Assembly: GCA_040954595.2 (NCBI GenBank)
Contig: CM082577.2
Span: 5,630,301 to 5,694,300 of the forward strand
Source: Balanoglossus misakiensis
Lineage: Eukaryota; Animalia; Hemichordata
Length of the DNA: 64,000 nucleotides
Reading direction: 5' to 3'
Position numbers and translations under genes: made by a program. The notes beneath the pieces were generated by a model that saw nothing but the letters and a program-made list of their open reading frames with translations, was not told where the DNA came from and did no database searches. This document shows positions 1 through 13,790 of this stretch, piece after piece. The stretch's first letter is position 1. Each line of letters starts with the position of its first letter.

Positions 1-1213
1 TCAGTCAACAAATTTAACAGAAGGGGATCCACGGTTTTAGTATGACTGGTAATAAACAGTTGAACTGAGAAGAGTTGGACATGTATCTCTGCAAAATTAT
101 TTTGTGAACTATTTATGCGCTCGCACAACTAATAAGTTGGGAAATATATACCCAATAGTCTGTGTGGTGAGGGTGGAATATTGCTGTCAAGTTGAGGGAA
201 TATTATAGTTGCTTGTAATCATATGTCATGTAAATATGGTTGTTAACTTCAGGGAGCAGAAATTGATATAACGGAATTAGTGAAAAACATGTTTTTATGG
301 TATGTTGCACTTCCAGATTGGCAAATTCAGTGACAGATAGACTGTTCAGACTTACTGATTGACTGTCAGAATGTATGAATAAACCCTGTGATAACTCTAT
401 GAAAAATAATTAAATTAGTAATTGCTTTGAAAATTAGAAGCTAAACATCCTAATGTTGTTACTGTCAAAACCACTTCACCCATAAGTTTTATGAAGGTTC
501 CGGTAAAGATATTTGCCGATTATTTTTTTTCTGGAAATTGTCCTCATGTGTGCGTTTAACTTCATTATTGTCTTGACGTTTAATATCCAAATTTGACATT
601 TAATGTCTAAATGTGTCAATGGAGGTGGAAATATCCTGAACGGCAGACATGTCCCATCCATTAACTTCCCAAGTAGTTTTGGTACATCAAAAATTTAATC
701 ATGAATGCAAACATTTCTGCTTATCACTTACTCTTCTTGCATATGACAATATGACCATGCACCCTCTTTAGTCTCACGCCACATTGTCAAAATCATGAAA
801 TGAAACAGTTAATCAATTTGGTCTATAAAATGAGCACTTCTGTTCGTACATCTGTCATACTTGGCACGTCTACAAAATGTTTGGGGCAGCTTGACTGCCA
901 TGCATGGAATGATATGTATGAATGCATTAATTGGCTCTAATGTTTTGAAGGGAAACTCTAGCATGAGTACGACAAGATGTAGTTGTTGCACAGACCGATT
1001 GAGTGAAATAATCTTCAAGATTTATCCACTGTCAATAAAATACTAGTAATCCCCCATTTAGCACATTACAGCCTCGTGGTATGTATCTCAGGCTTCATCA
1101 AACTGAATGGGTTGGAAACAATTGTAAACTTGTTTCTGCTGAAAGAAAATCGTGTGATCTTGTTGAAGAGATTATAGAGATGAGCTTTAATGTTCTCTGC
1201 TTTGTGGTTTCAG

Positions 1214-4200
1214 ACGCTAAGAAGCTGCGCTAAAAGCACCAATCCTGTCTATGTGTCAGTCGGTCACCGCATCACCTTGGAAACAGCTGTCAAATTGGTC
1301 CATCAGTGCTGCAAATACAGAATTCCAGAGCCTATCAGACAGGTATGTAGGAGTGTGTGGAATCCTCAACAAATAGGTTGTATGATGACATCAGCACTGT
1401 ACGCCTTTCCGATGGTGTGCATAAAAACAAAAAAAGACAGACCGTATGCTTACAAGTAAAATGCATAGTTATTTAGGCGGGAAAATATTTTTGTTACAAA
1501 AATGAAAGGTTGTGTCACCCACCAAATGTGTCCTGATGTACTATACATGTTGAAACCGAACATGTGCTTACCAATAAAATGCGTCATAATTTAGGTCAGA
1601 AAGAATACATTCGTTACAAGGAAATAAAAAGCAGCAAAGGAAACCAGTTGGTGCAGATGACCAGTACCGCATTTTGTGCACACAGGTCGTGAATCCCTCT
1701 GATGACTGTAACTATGTATATATTTTATGGTAGCTTAAAATCACAAGAGGGGAGAAAGCAAGCCCCATGTGTTTTGAAAGTGTGTCTCTATACAATAGGT
1801 GTATGCTATTAGCCTCATGTCCAGTCAGTTATTTTTGTAATGCCTCTTACGAATCAACACCACCTACCATGCCAGGTTGTGTTGGCCGAGGAATTTTGTA
1901 CTAATTCCAACTGGAATCAAATCTAGTTTTGGAAGCAATTAAGCCATAGGCTATATTTACTTTTATTCATACAAAACTTTCAAATTTGACGGCTCTTGCA
2001 TTTTATTCATGTTTATTAAAACAAAACTGAAACACCAAGTCGATTTTTGGTAAGCGTATCCACAATTTTTGCTACTTTGGTGTGATATATTTGCTTCTAT
2101 GTTGGATTGTTGATCCTGATCAAGTAATATCTAGATTTCCGACTTCTGCAGACTACTTAGCTCATCAAGAAGGAGCTTGTACATCATTATCAGTTTAGTG
2201 TCTGTCTGCAGTGCATGGAAATGAGGACAAAATTATTGGTTAGTTGATCTTTTCCAGTTGATTCCATGAAGCCTGTTACAGCTCTCAGCTGGAGTACGTG
2301 TGCCTTCAAGGCACAAGGAAATTAAAGTCGAAAAAGAGGAGTCATCCGCCAGAATTTCCGGTGTTTTTAAAAAAAACATTGATGAACGTACGTTAATTGA
2401 GGTAGCATTTTCAATTTTTATTTCATTGCTATTTTTTCTTTCAAAGTCATATGTATGCCTAGACATGTTTGCGGAATCAATGCTCTTTTCGATATGCATG
2501 CAAACCCTTATTGATATCTATAAATAGAAGTGACATATGTTGCCCACCTAAAGATGGAATAAAATACTTTTGCTATCGAAACATACATTTGGCCATTAGG
2601 AATATAAAAAAAATACGTGCTGTGCCTGATGGTTTTCCTCAACTCATCAGAGGCACATGGTGAATTGACCTGCGAAACCAATTATAGGTGACTGATTGAC
2701 ATTGTAACAGGTCTGCTGGAACAGCGACACAATGGGTCTTCATTGGGAGGTGTTCTAGTACATGTATAAAAAGTCATAATGTATATCCGGTTTCTCATGT
2801 ACAGAAGTAATAGTTTCTTCAAACTTTAAAGCAATGTCTTTTGTGACACTATCAGTCACTCTAACTTCTTTTCCCCAAATGAAATGGGGGGGGGGGGGGG
2901 GGGGGGTGTTGCAATTGAGTATGATCAACACATGTGAACGTAATGTTTCCAGTTGGATATTACACTGCCCTCTACTGGCAGTGATTTGAGTTGAGCAAGA
3001 TATTAATAATGTCATTTATGCAAATAAGCCTTTCCAAAGCTATCCTGCCTTCCTCAACAAACAGCTTTGTGACTAAAATGTCTCAGGCTGACCATGAACT
3101 TATGACCACCAGTGCAAGGCAACATTGATTTTTGGCCATGACTGAAAAATTAACACATTGATGTACCGGGCACAGGGTGCATGTATGTTGAACCTTTAAA
3201 AGTTTGGAACATTAATTGTCACTAATTGGGATGACTTATTTCTGACTACAACAAATGAGAAGGTGAAACTGAAAAGCTCATGTAACAGAACAGAGTTGTT
3301 TTGGCCAAGGGAATGATGCAGTGACATTTGCAAAATGTTCAAAATGTAGTTGCCAACAGGAGATATCAAGTACTCATTGCCAATTAGCTCAGGAACCAAC
3401 CTTTTTGTGATTATAAATGTACGGAGTTGAATAGAATTTAGAGGAGATGGTAGTTCCCTAATTTTGTAATCACAGTAAACGCGTCTATGTTGTTTTTTCC
3501 TGGCTTGGGCATATTACAACTAATTTAGATACATGTATAGAAAATATGGCAGTTATTTTTAACGTGAGGGTTTCAATGTATTCATTGTGTATTATCTGCT
3601 GTCCTCGGATGGTTTGTACAGTCTGGCTGCATGGTAAATTTGCATGCATAATGAATAGGTAGGCTGAAGTTGGTCTGTCGTATCAATATTATATTATATT
3701 ATTAAGGGACACAGTTCATGACGTGGTACATGCACATGGACACATTACTTAACTTGGCACTTGTTAATGAGAATACAATACATATACCGTATGTACTGGC
3801 TCGTCTGCTAATTTGAACAACTCTTGCAAAACCAGGTATATCCTGCTAGCAATTTACTATAAACCTGTTGGTGTGTCATATTTTACATTACTTCTCCAAG
3901 TCTCTTGTGATCAATAACATGTCATGTTGTTAAAAGAGTTGTTCTGAAAACTAATGTTTTAATGATTTCATGATGTGTGATCATTAGAATTCATATTGGT
4001 CATCAAAGCGAATTTTTAAAGCATTGTACAAATTAAGATATATATATTTCAGGTGACATTTTGTTAGCTATAACCATAAAATCGACAAGACTTGTAATAT
4101 TTGAATGGAATATATTCTAAGATTGCTCCCAGAAGTCTCCTGACAGCTGTGAAGAACACTCTACTGATCCATTATGTGAAAGGATAATGTATTAACACAA

Positions 4201-7200
4201 TAAAACTTGTCAGTGGTTAAACTTTGATGTATATAGTAACTTTTATGACAGGGCAGAAACTTGACATCGCGAATGCATGGGTAAAGACATGATTTTAAAT
4301 TATGTTTCTTCAAGGCAATTAGTGTTACCGTTGAAAGCAGTTGTACATCTGTGTTCATGCACAGTTGGGGATCGCTGACTCTTGAGTGTGCCGAGGTGTG
4401 ATGCACATGTGTGACAGTGTACATTATAGTTACCATGATTACCCTACCCGCTATCACGACACCTTGACTCAATTGATCTGTGATTGTTTGATCTTCACGA
4501 TTCACAGCTCGTCGTCATTCAGTGTACTGGAACATGTTTCAGCATAATGATAATGTCACGAAATCATGCCGCATAATGCCCTGATAATGTGAACAATTCC
4601 AGCCATTCCCACATAATTTTAGCATGTCCTCTCTTGGCGGATACTAAGTAGCAAATTTACCCTCAGCAACTTAGCACACGCAGTTCTGTTGATTCTTAAA
4701 TATTAGAAAGTCTACGAATATATGGCTTCATGATGAGTTCATTTTATCAACCATCTCTTCTGATGGTATGTATACTGAATGTCATATGTCACATGCTTGT
4801 TAAATGATAAGTTGGTGGGTATTCCTGGCCGGGAGTAATTAATTGATTTTATTGTGTACGTCATCCAACGTGCGAATATAGCCTACCAGTATTTACAAGG
4901 ATGAGGTAACCCACCACCCCTGACTGAGTAATAGAGATGCCAGTAAAATGCAAGTTGCTCGAGGGCACAACATCGCGGCTGCGTCCTGGTCTTGAACCCG
5001 CAATTCTCCGATAATAAGCTAATACCCTTGCAAATGGACCACCCATCATGCCTCTTCTTTTTTTGCTTTCATATGTCCTGTTGCATGTTAATACTGTAAA
5101 ATTACTCAATGGAGATCGTCAAACTAGAAGAAAATGAATGTTAAAATTTTGCATTAGCGTTAGGTTGGGTGGGGTGTGAGTTGAGCCAGAAAGTCCCTTT
5201 ATAACCCCAATTTGTAAATTCAAAAAACCAGAGAGAAACAAATTGCATGGGCACTATCTGCACTGCTGTTCCTGATAGTCTGGGAATTAAGAGATGGACT
5301 GATAGGTACAGATAAGAAGTTTATTACAGTGGCTAATATAATTCCACCAAGCTATAACCGGCTTATGCCACTCTAACGCAATGCATTAACATATGAAAGA
5401 CTCATGCATCTAAATAGAAGTCTAGACACGTACTTTGACTGACATTGTTGAACAGGAATTCCGATAAATCTGATTCTGCAAAGTCTTGGACATTGTGTAC
5501 TTTACAGCAATGTCAATTTCATATAAGCAGTCTCAGTCACAATATTCATATGTTCATTAAATAAAATATGAATTTCCTGAATGCTACAATTCTGTAGTGT
5601 GATTAATTGAGTCAAATTTACCTGATCCTCAAGTAACTAGGCAAGCAGTAACTTTCAACCAACATTCAATATTTCAGATGGTCTGAACATTAGAAACTGC
5701 ATGTGTTGTTCGGGATGAAATACATGTGCAGTCGACTCCAAAGGACGGGGACTGTTTAATAGTTATAGCGTAGTGAACTTCAACCCAACAAGATTATGTT
5801 CTCAAAGCAAAGTGCAAGGCTAGCTGTCACATACATGTGACCCCCGACAATCACACATGCAGAAAAAAAGTGGCAGCTACCTTGCAAAACAGCCATATCA
5901 GTTTCCAGAGATAACTCTTGGCTAATAGCACTACACGAGATGATACCCCATATAAACATTTCACAAGAATGTCAATGCCTGCTAAGTTGGCAAGTCCTTC
6001 ACTCAGAATTATGTCTGATATGTGTCCCCTGCAGTGTTGATACCTTGTAGGAATATTTGGCCACTTAAATTTGAGTATCGTAATACACGTACTTGCAAGC
6101 AATTGACAGATTGTGGAATATATGATTATCATGGTTTAAGTAGAATTAAGCGTGTTGGTTTCATTCTACCATTCTAATTGGCCAGAGCTCAGTTCTGCAC
6201 ATAATTTTAATAAAAGGGGAAAAGTGTTTTTAAAATAATGAAATGCAAAAATAAATGCAAATGTGCATGTGCGTATTCCAGCCCGTCCACTACAACACTT
6301 TAGATGGTACATATACATCTGACCTTGGTTTTTGATGTGTACACGCAGATGTATCCTGAACTGTATATGGAATTTCGGTTAAATTATTATCACGTTTAAA
6401 ACAAGGAAACAAAAGGAATATTAATAACACCTACCTGAAAGATTAGGGTTCATGTTTATTCATGCTATGAAAATTTCATCGGCAAACAAAATTTTGTTGT
6501 TGAACAGTATGTACAGAATCATTGATGTCCCATTGATCAAGTTGTTGTCTCAGATTGGAAACTTATACGAGGGAAAGGATTTCCACTGAATTTCTAAACT
6601 AGTTTATACAACTATTATTGTCAGATTGATTCACGCGAAGAGTGGCCTTATGGCCATGTTCATTGATGTGCATATGTTTGAAGTATTATATATTGCTTTT
6701 AAGTTGAGTATGTGGTATGATAACGCCTGCCATCTCCCTTTGAAGTCAGGAATGTGTCAGTTTAATATGCGACATTTCAATATAAAAATTGGGGAATTAG
6801 CCAGTCCTGCCTCTGCAATGTACCGGTATATATCTTCATTGCAGAGTTACACCTTGAGTAATTTCCAAATCAATGAATATTGGATAATGTGAATAGATGT
6901 CCTTCTGCAGTAGAGTTCACCACCTGACACTGTGACATTCGTCTCATGATTTACATAATTTCATCAGTGAAAAAAGAATGAGCTGAGTTGAGCTGAAGTT
7001 GTCTGATCAATAGTCTTGTTTTCACTTGTGAAATCAGTGCAGGTGGTACACTGGAATCTGGTTCATATTCATATTCAAATATTGAACTCCAGTCGAATAT
7101 ATTTGTTCAGAAGAATTCTTGCATGCTCACGAGTGCGTTTGATTGAAGAATTTTTCTCTTCAAGTAGAGAATTTGATGAATTAAACAGGAAGTGGAGTCT

Positions 7201-9984
7201 GACAGATGTTTGTGTCAGTGGGAATCATTTGGGTTTCACTTATAATGCATCACTTAGGCTGGCTGGAGTGTATAGTCAGTGCCACCCAAAGTGTATATAT
7301 ACTCCTGCCTCTTTTAAACTTCATTGAAAAGGTATTCAAAGAAGTACACATTACCGTAACAGTGCTCGATTGTATGGCTGAAAGGCTGTAAGCATTTTCG
7401 TTTCACACGGATTTAAATGGTTTTGGATGGCATGAATGCTGTGACAAAGGGGGTGTATATTTTTCCATGAGAACTAAAAGATAGGGGAAAAGAAAGGGAG
7501 GAAATATCACCCAGCATATCTACCAAAAGATGCCACCCAGATAAACGTACGTACGGTTATTGCCCTGCCAGATTGAGTTCAAAATATGAAGATACATCTT
7601 ATACTTTTATACTCTTGGAGAAAAAGGATGATGTGTCTTTATAATTGGTTCTCACAAAATGAAAAGTAGTGTACAGAAACCTATAGTTTCGAAATATAAT
7701 TTAATCTTATTACACCCCCATGGCAGTTGCATTTATATCAGGGCTTTAATTTAAGAACACCAAGAAATAAAATCGACCTGTCTACATGAAAATATTAGGA
7801 CATTCGAGTACATAATATAAAGTAATTTCTGAATTAAACAAACTCTTGCAATTAACTGCTTTAAATAATTACAGGTCAACTAACTATCGTGCATATAAAG
7901 TTGCCATAGAAAACATTTTCAATTTAGTTAATGGGAAACATGCCTGTTTGGATGGATGGGTGTGTTTGTGTGTGTTCTCCATTGAAAAAAGATTACATGT
8001 TTAACTTTCAGCAAATTTCATACAATAATTTTGGGCTAGCTGGTAATAATAGATATTGAAAACGTTCAGAATACAATTTTTGTCAGGGAATGGGCAGTAA
8101 AGCCAAAATTGAAATGTCCAAAACTGCAAAAAAGATGATTTCATTCTGATCGGCTCCGGAGCATTCATTTGTCACCTGTATTAAGCCTGTCATGTTAAGT
8201 TGTTGTCAGTTTTAATGACCATTGACGTCATTGCCAAAGTTACAATATGGCACACAAATTCAGTACCCTTTTCAAAACATCTGGCCCGTGACATTCATTA
8301 AGTTGTTTTATACATTGAGTCAAAAGCCCAATTGTCTAAAAATATGATTTTGCTTATAACTATACTGGCGTCATGCTCTTGTTTACATAGATTTTCTGTT
8401 TCTGGAGGTGTTGACAGTTTTCACTTATAGAACTCTTACGTTGATCGCACGTTGGTTGACCTTTCTGGTGCCCGACGGTCAAGTTACGGCTTCAGATGAT
8501 TAGCCTTTTGGGTGCAATTATCATGTCACGAAACTAGTGCTTTGTGCCAGCGATGTCCATAACTGTTCTCTTAGCCAGACTCTGGGTGTAGCGATTGAGC
8601 ATGTTGTTGTGACATACTCAACCTGCAAATTATCTCCAGGGGTGCATGCAGATACCATCAGCTTTAATTTGTGTCAAATCGAGTCTGCACATTTACATGT
8701 AAACCTGAAAACAAGTACACGTAACGGCTGTAGACTCTGGATTGAGAATCTAGCAGTTATCTGACTCTGAGCACTGTCAACGCGACATCTAGCCACCATT
8801 TTCTGTTAACTTGAAAACACATACTGTGCAAAAGTAATTCAACTGCTCTCTTACTGTGCCTGAGGCTAGTCTGCTGGAGCACTGACCTGGAAGGCTATGA
8901 TCATGCTGTATCTCCTCTTTGATAACATTTTGTTTTTTGTCATACACATCATATCATATGTCAGATCACCAGAAAGTCTTTCATTTCCCATGTGATGATG
9001 GCAGTGGTTACCTTGGTGGGGGTGGGTGTGCAAGTTTTAATGTCAGTATAGTTGATTGAATTTAGTGTAAGCAAAAAGAGGGACATACATTGTGGGCAGC
9101 AGTCGCAGTATAATTGGACAAACATGTGCACTCAACATGTGACTGTCCTAAATATGTTGTTATTAATTTCTGAAATGGATTTGAAAAAAAGAAAGTTTGT
9201 GAGGTCTGGTGTGTATCAACATGTACTGGGAACCCTGCCCCTCCCGATCTTGGAGATGCTAAGCCACAATTTATCAGATCACCATGCACTTATCATTTCT
9301 ATTGATTGTCACATTCTCACAAACCATTGCTCAGACAGTTGTGATATTCAAATGAAACATGCAAATTTGTATTTTTAAGTTTATTTCTGTTCTATTTATC
9401 CAATACATGGTTGGAGAGTGTTACGCTTTGATGCCGTTTATCCTAATGCTGTTAAATTTGCTGTGTCTGGATGGTTGAAATTAAAACTCTTCAAATATTT
9501 GTGAAGGTACAGAGCATATGTTATGTACCTTCACAATTACTTGAAGAGTTCTATTGTAACAGTTTTGATGATATTTTTAGCATTCTTGTTGAAAACATTT
9601 GTTAGCTTTCGGCATGACAATCAGTTTCCCTTACACTGGCATGTCTTGTCACAATATATTGCATAAGACTGCACAGCTCAGTCACCTTATTATTAGGAAC
9701 AGTGATGTTATTGAAGTTCATACTAATTGCAAGCGATCAGATGGAACATGTATCCTAGCAAAAGAATTCCAATGACCCAGTGAATTGCGTCACAGTATTA
9801 AAATCATACACTTAGGCCCAAGTATCCAAACAAAATCCAATTATGGAGGCACTCAATTATGGATCCACTGGTTTCACTTAAACTTGAAAACTACAGGCCA
9901 TTGACTATGACTTGTTTAATTTCTTTACAGGCTGATATTCAATCTAGGGAGTACTTGCGGCAGAATTTTCCAACTTGCCAATAG
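1214..9984 (+). CDS. ENDOV: Endonuclease V, last two coding exons (1214-1342 and 9931-9984); the 5' part of the gene lies upstream of the window
   Basis: Exon 1214-1342 (ttcag|...|gtatgt, 43 codons) encodes [43 protein letters not shown]. Exon 9931-9984 (ttctttacag|) encodes [17 protein letters not shown]. The phase-0 join gives the EndoV C-terminal signature P-x-Y-x-S-x-G-H ... RIPEP-x-RQAD-x-x-SRE. The intron is 8588 nt. Confidence 0.93.
4900..5040 (-). mobile_element. Degenerate tRNA-derived SINE fragment in the ENDOV intron
   Basis: Minus strand reads ...GCGGGTTCAAGACCAGG (Pol III B-box-like), then GTTGTGCCCTCGAGCAA, resembling the GTGTCCTTGRGCAAG core that follows the tRNA head in many aquatic-animal SINEs. 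Boundaries approximate. Confidence 0.5.
9485..9550. repeat. 27-bp inverted repeat (hairpin) with a 12-nt loop in the last ENDOV intron
   Basis: AACTCTTCAAATATTTGTGAAGGTACA (9485-9511) pairs with TGTACCTTCACAATTACTTGAAGAGTT (9524-9550) at 25 of 27 positions. Confidence 0.9.
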
Positions 9985-11105
9985 TCCAGGAACACGGATG
10001 AAGCACGAGTTCTTGTGGAGAGATTTGACAGCCACTTAAGTGATTGAAAATGTAGTCGTTAAAGCACACAATAATGAGTCTTAAATGTTTCCTTTATGAC
10101 CATTTTCATGTCATAAATATTGCCTCATACATAATAGGCAACAGTAACAGAAATTACAGCACTTGCAAGATTTAATTTCCTTTCTAAGGATTTCCGAACA
10201 GGGTATATTCAGGTCAAAAGAGTCAACGGAAATATCTCATTTTATATGAATGCTGTCCACTTCATTTCATCTTTTGATAACTGTACCAAATAGAACATCC
10301 TCTTGAATTAAGTCTTACGTTAGAAAAGGCATATCAATTATTTTTGGGGCTTCTTTGCAGTAAAATATTTTTAATCCTGTAAATTACTTGTGATGTGGCA
10401 TACCTGGTCGTGTAGTGTGACTTATATTTCCTCTTACCATGGAAGTGGCTGCATAGTTTCTACATTCATTGATGTCTTTTTTAATTACCAAGCTCACAGC
10501 TTCGGCTCATTGCTATTTTGTGGAAATCCTCCAAGAAAAATTAAGAAACCTGTCAAACGTATAATTTTTAGTTTACTGATAAAGATACATTTGCATTAAT
10601 TAATAATAATTGAACATTAATAAGTTCAAAGAAAATTTTAAGCATGAGATCTCTGTTTTAGCCATACTAGAATAATTCATTTCAAAGCTTAATTCTGTCA
10701 ATATGACCGTGAGACAAGATTTCGAGAGCATTTTATCAATAGTAAATACCTCTTGAAATAATGACTTGAAATGTGCAAATTAGCAATAGTTTTTCATTAA
10801 ACTGCTTGAATTTATTTCGTGCAATACAGATCTCCTTGGTACATGTAAAATTTACATCATTTTGGTACAGTATTTTAGAAATGTACATAGATATAAATAC
10901 ATGTACATGACAACTTTTCATGGGGAAAGGAAAAAAACAGAGCTACCTCGGGTATGGTTGACAATGTTTTGAAATAATGTGCCAAATGAGTGATTTTTCA
11001 CTAATCAATTTTACAGATTTAAAACGCTTGTTTGTCAAGATTTTTCCAAACCAGGTATTTTTATAAACGTCAATCAAGTCACATATTTCAAATACCGATA
11101 GCAAG

Positions 11106-11111
11106 AATAAA
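11106..11111 (+). promoter_or_regulatory. Candidate polyadenylation signal for ENDOV (second AATAAA at 11399-11404)
   Basis: AATAAA about 1.1 kb after the stop codon, followed by T-rich sequence. Not unique in AT-rich DNA. Confidence 0.35.
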
Positions 11112-13659
11112 TTTTTATAAAAGTACTTTTTATTCCATCTGATGTAACAATCATTCTTTTAAGTGATTTTTCATTAGATTTTCCTTTCTCTGTCTATCAA
11201 CCTTTTATGCTGTTGATTTGTCTTATGTGTGTATCATATAGAAACTGTTCATGTATTTCTTTAAGCACTGTGACAAATTGGTCATGGTGTTGTAAAGAAA
11301 TGTTTGTATTATCACAGCTTTGATTTTGGTATGTAATAATATTTGGGTCATACCATTTTTTAAAAATTAGATCACTATTCAGCGCTGACTGTCGGCACAA
11401 TAAAGTCTGCAAAGATGAGTTTTACGGTTCATTTGGAATGACACACTTGTAGTCCCTGTATCTCATTACTGGCCAATGTTGAAACCGTATGGATAGTTGA
11501 ACACAACTCCCTGGACTGTAAACGCGGTTACCGTGGTTTGTATTAAGAGAATAGGTTACATGATAGCAAACATGTTATTCACTTTGAGGGCCCGCAATTT
11601 GGGACAGTCCTATCCAAAGAGTGAATGTGGCTACGATTGAATTTAGCCTAAGGGCATTTGGAAGATAGACCTGTTTTTATTGCAGCTTGTGTCGCTTTGG
11701 TATAAACTGCTGTGATATCGAGGTGAAACTACTGTGTTTGTAAAGTATTTGGAAGTTGATCAGATAGTGCTACTACTACTAGATTGTAGAGTCTTAAACA
11801 AGTCTGGAATAGAAAATACTACACGAAACATTATTTTGTTGGAAACTATCATCCATATTGGTAATAAGACAGGCATGCAAGCATAGTGATACGCAAAGGC
11901 TGATTGTGGTTGTATATATTCACGGCGCATTATCAAGGCAAAAATTCAGACCGGCATTTTCAACTCACGACCTTCCATTTTATAGCCATTTGGATAATAA
12001 TAAATTCGATGAAGTAACCTAATTTCATTTAGAATCAAACGGGTGGATGGCCTCGAATAGTGATGGGTGGGGTATTTGCATTGTGTACTGTATATGCATG
12101 AACGGAACCAAAGTTGTGACTAAAATCACTGTGGTTAAAATCAGCTGCACTTTATGTATGGCAGAAATGAATTGCTACAGTAACTGAACTCCTCTGACAG
12201 GTGGTCAAAAGTGGCCTTCTCATGTGTCGCGAGATCGTACGCATATCAAACAGTCAATAATTGATAAATAGGCAATATTTTTCCGACACATAACAAATTA
12301 ACGACACAAATTTTACATCGTGGCTGTGTACTGTAATTTCATTCGAACTTGGTAGAATTGAGAAGACAGTGTTTTATAAATCAGTTTAACTAGCGGCGAC
12401 CTTTTCATTGATCAAAAGTTTCCCTTTTACTCGTGATCAGCAGAAATGTTATCCCAATCACGGAAGTTGATTGTTATCTTGCAAAAGTGCCAGCAGCCGA
12501 TCAGATTTTACTGTCTCAGATTAGATAGTGCACGCCACACGGTATCTTGGTCCCCCATCATACAGCCGCGCCGCCTGCGGCAGTGACAGATGGATCAGTT
12601 GGATGTACTCCCCCTGTCACCATGGTGACAAACATAGGCTCGTGTTTCAAACAAGCACACCGACAATGACGACCATGCATGTTCGATGATTTTATTGCCC
12701 CAACACCGGCAGGCAGTGTTGACATTTTGCTGGTTTGAGAGTTGGCTTGACAGTAACCGAGACAGTAACCTAGAGCAACAGTTGTCTCCATTATTATGAA
12801 CAGTGTACAGTGATTCGGCAGTCATGACGCAACCCAGAGGCGGTCGTTGATTGGCTATGTTACACAAAGTATAAAGGTCATGCTGTGTCAGGCCATGCAC
12901 ATGCAGGGGTTGGGTCAAAGGTCGCGCGTGCGAGATCGCATCGCCAATATTCCAGAACGCTGGCGATAGCCATATTTTTTCGTAATTTTATAGGTTCCCA
13001 AATTTACTGACACAACTAAAATATGTTGTCCTTCTGGCAATAGTTGGGTAGGATAATAAAAGGACTTCGAAAATGTCCACGTTTCTCCGATCGTCATTCT
13101 CAGCTGTGCGTTCAATGTTTACAAGCAGAAAGTAGTTCCCTCTTGCAACATTTGCATAATATGTATTCATGAACTACCGAAATTATTTTATGACAACGCA
13201 CTGAAACCGGCGGGAGAAAACATGTGATTTACGAATGCAGTTTTTATTGGCATTGATTGTGATTGCAAAGGGTATTTATTAGCAACTCTTGTAATTTTAT
13301 TCCCGCTTTCAACAGGGACTATTTTTTATCTCATTTGCCTATCACCTGTAGAAAGTACCAGGTTTTTTTTTACCGGCAACAGCGACACAATCGGTAGCAC
13401 ATATGCAACAATACTAATTATTGGACCTGATTTGTTGCCATATTATAATAACATAAGTGGTACAACTTTAAAAGTTTAAACATTTCAAGGGGAAGGGTAC
13501 CAGTGTCACAATTTAATATTTGTCGCATTCCTGTTCTTTCTGACTGCAACAATTCCAAATACCAGGGCAATACTCAGAATGTCACTTATTATCTTGTTTC
13601 TAATTCGATGTATGTACAGTACATCAGCAAATGTATCTACTTCGCATTTTGATCGTTGT

Positions 13660-13790
13660 TTTTAATATACAATAAAACAGTAGCGGGCCTAGAATTGACC
13701 CCTTGGGTATGCCATCGGATAATGGGACGCTGTCAGATTTGTATCTGTTTATTATCACACACTGGTCTATAAAAGAGCACGATCTGACTG
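13660..13790 (-). mobile_element. Non-LTR retrotransposon (LINE, CR1/L2-like) reverse transcriptase remnant
   Basis: Minus-strand peptide QCVIINRYKSDSVPLSDGIPKGSILGPLLF matches the LINE RT motif Q-x-V-x-x-NG-x-x-S...GVPQGS(I/V)LGPLLF. No long ORF remains. Confidence 0.75.
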
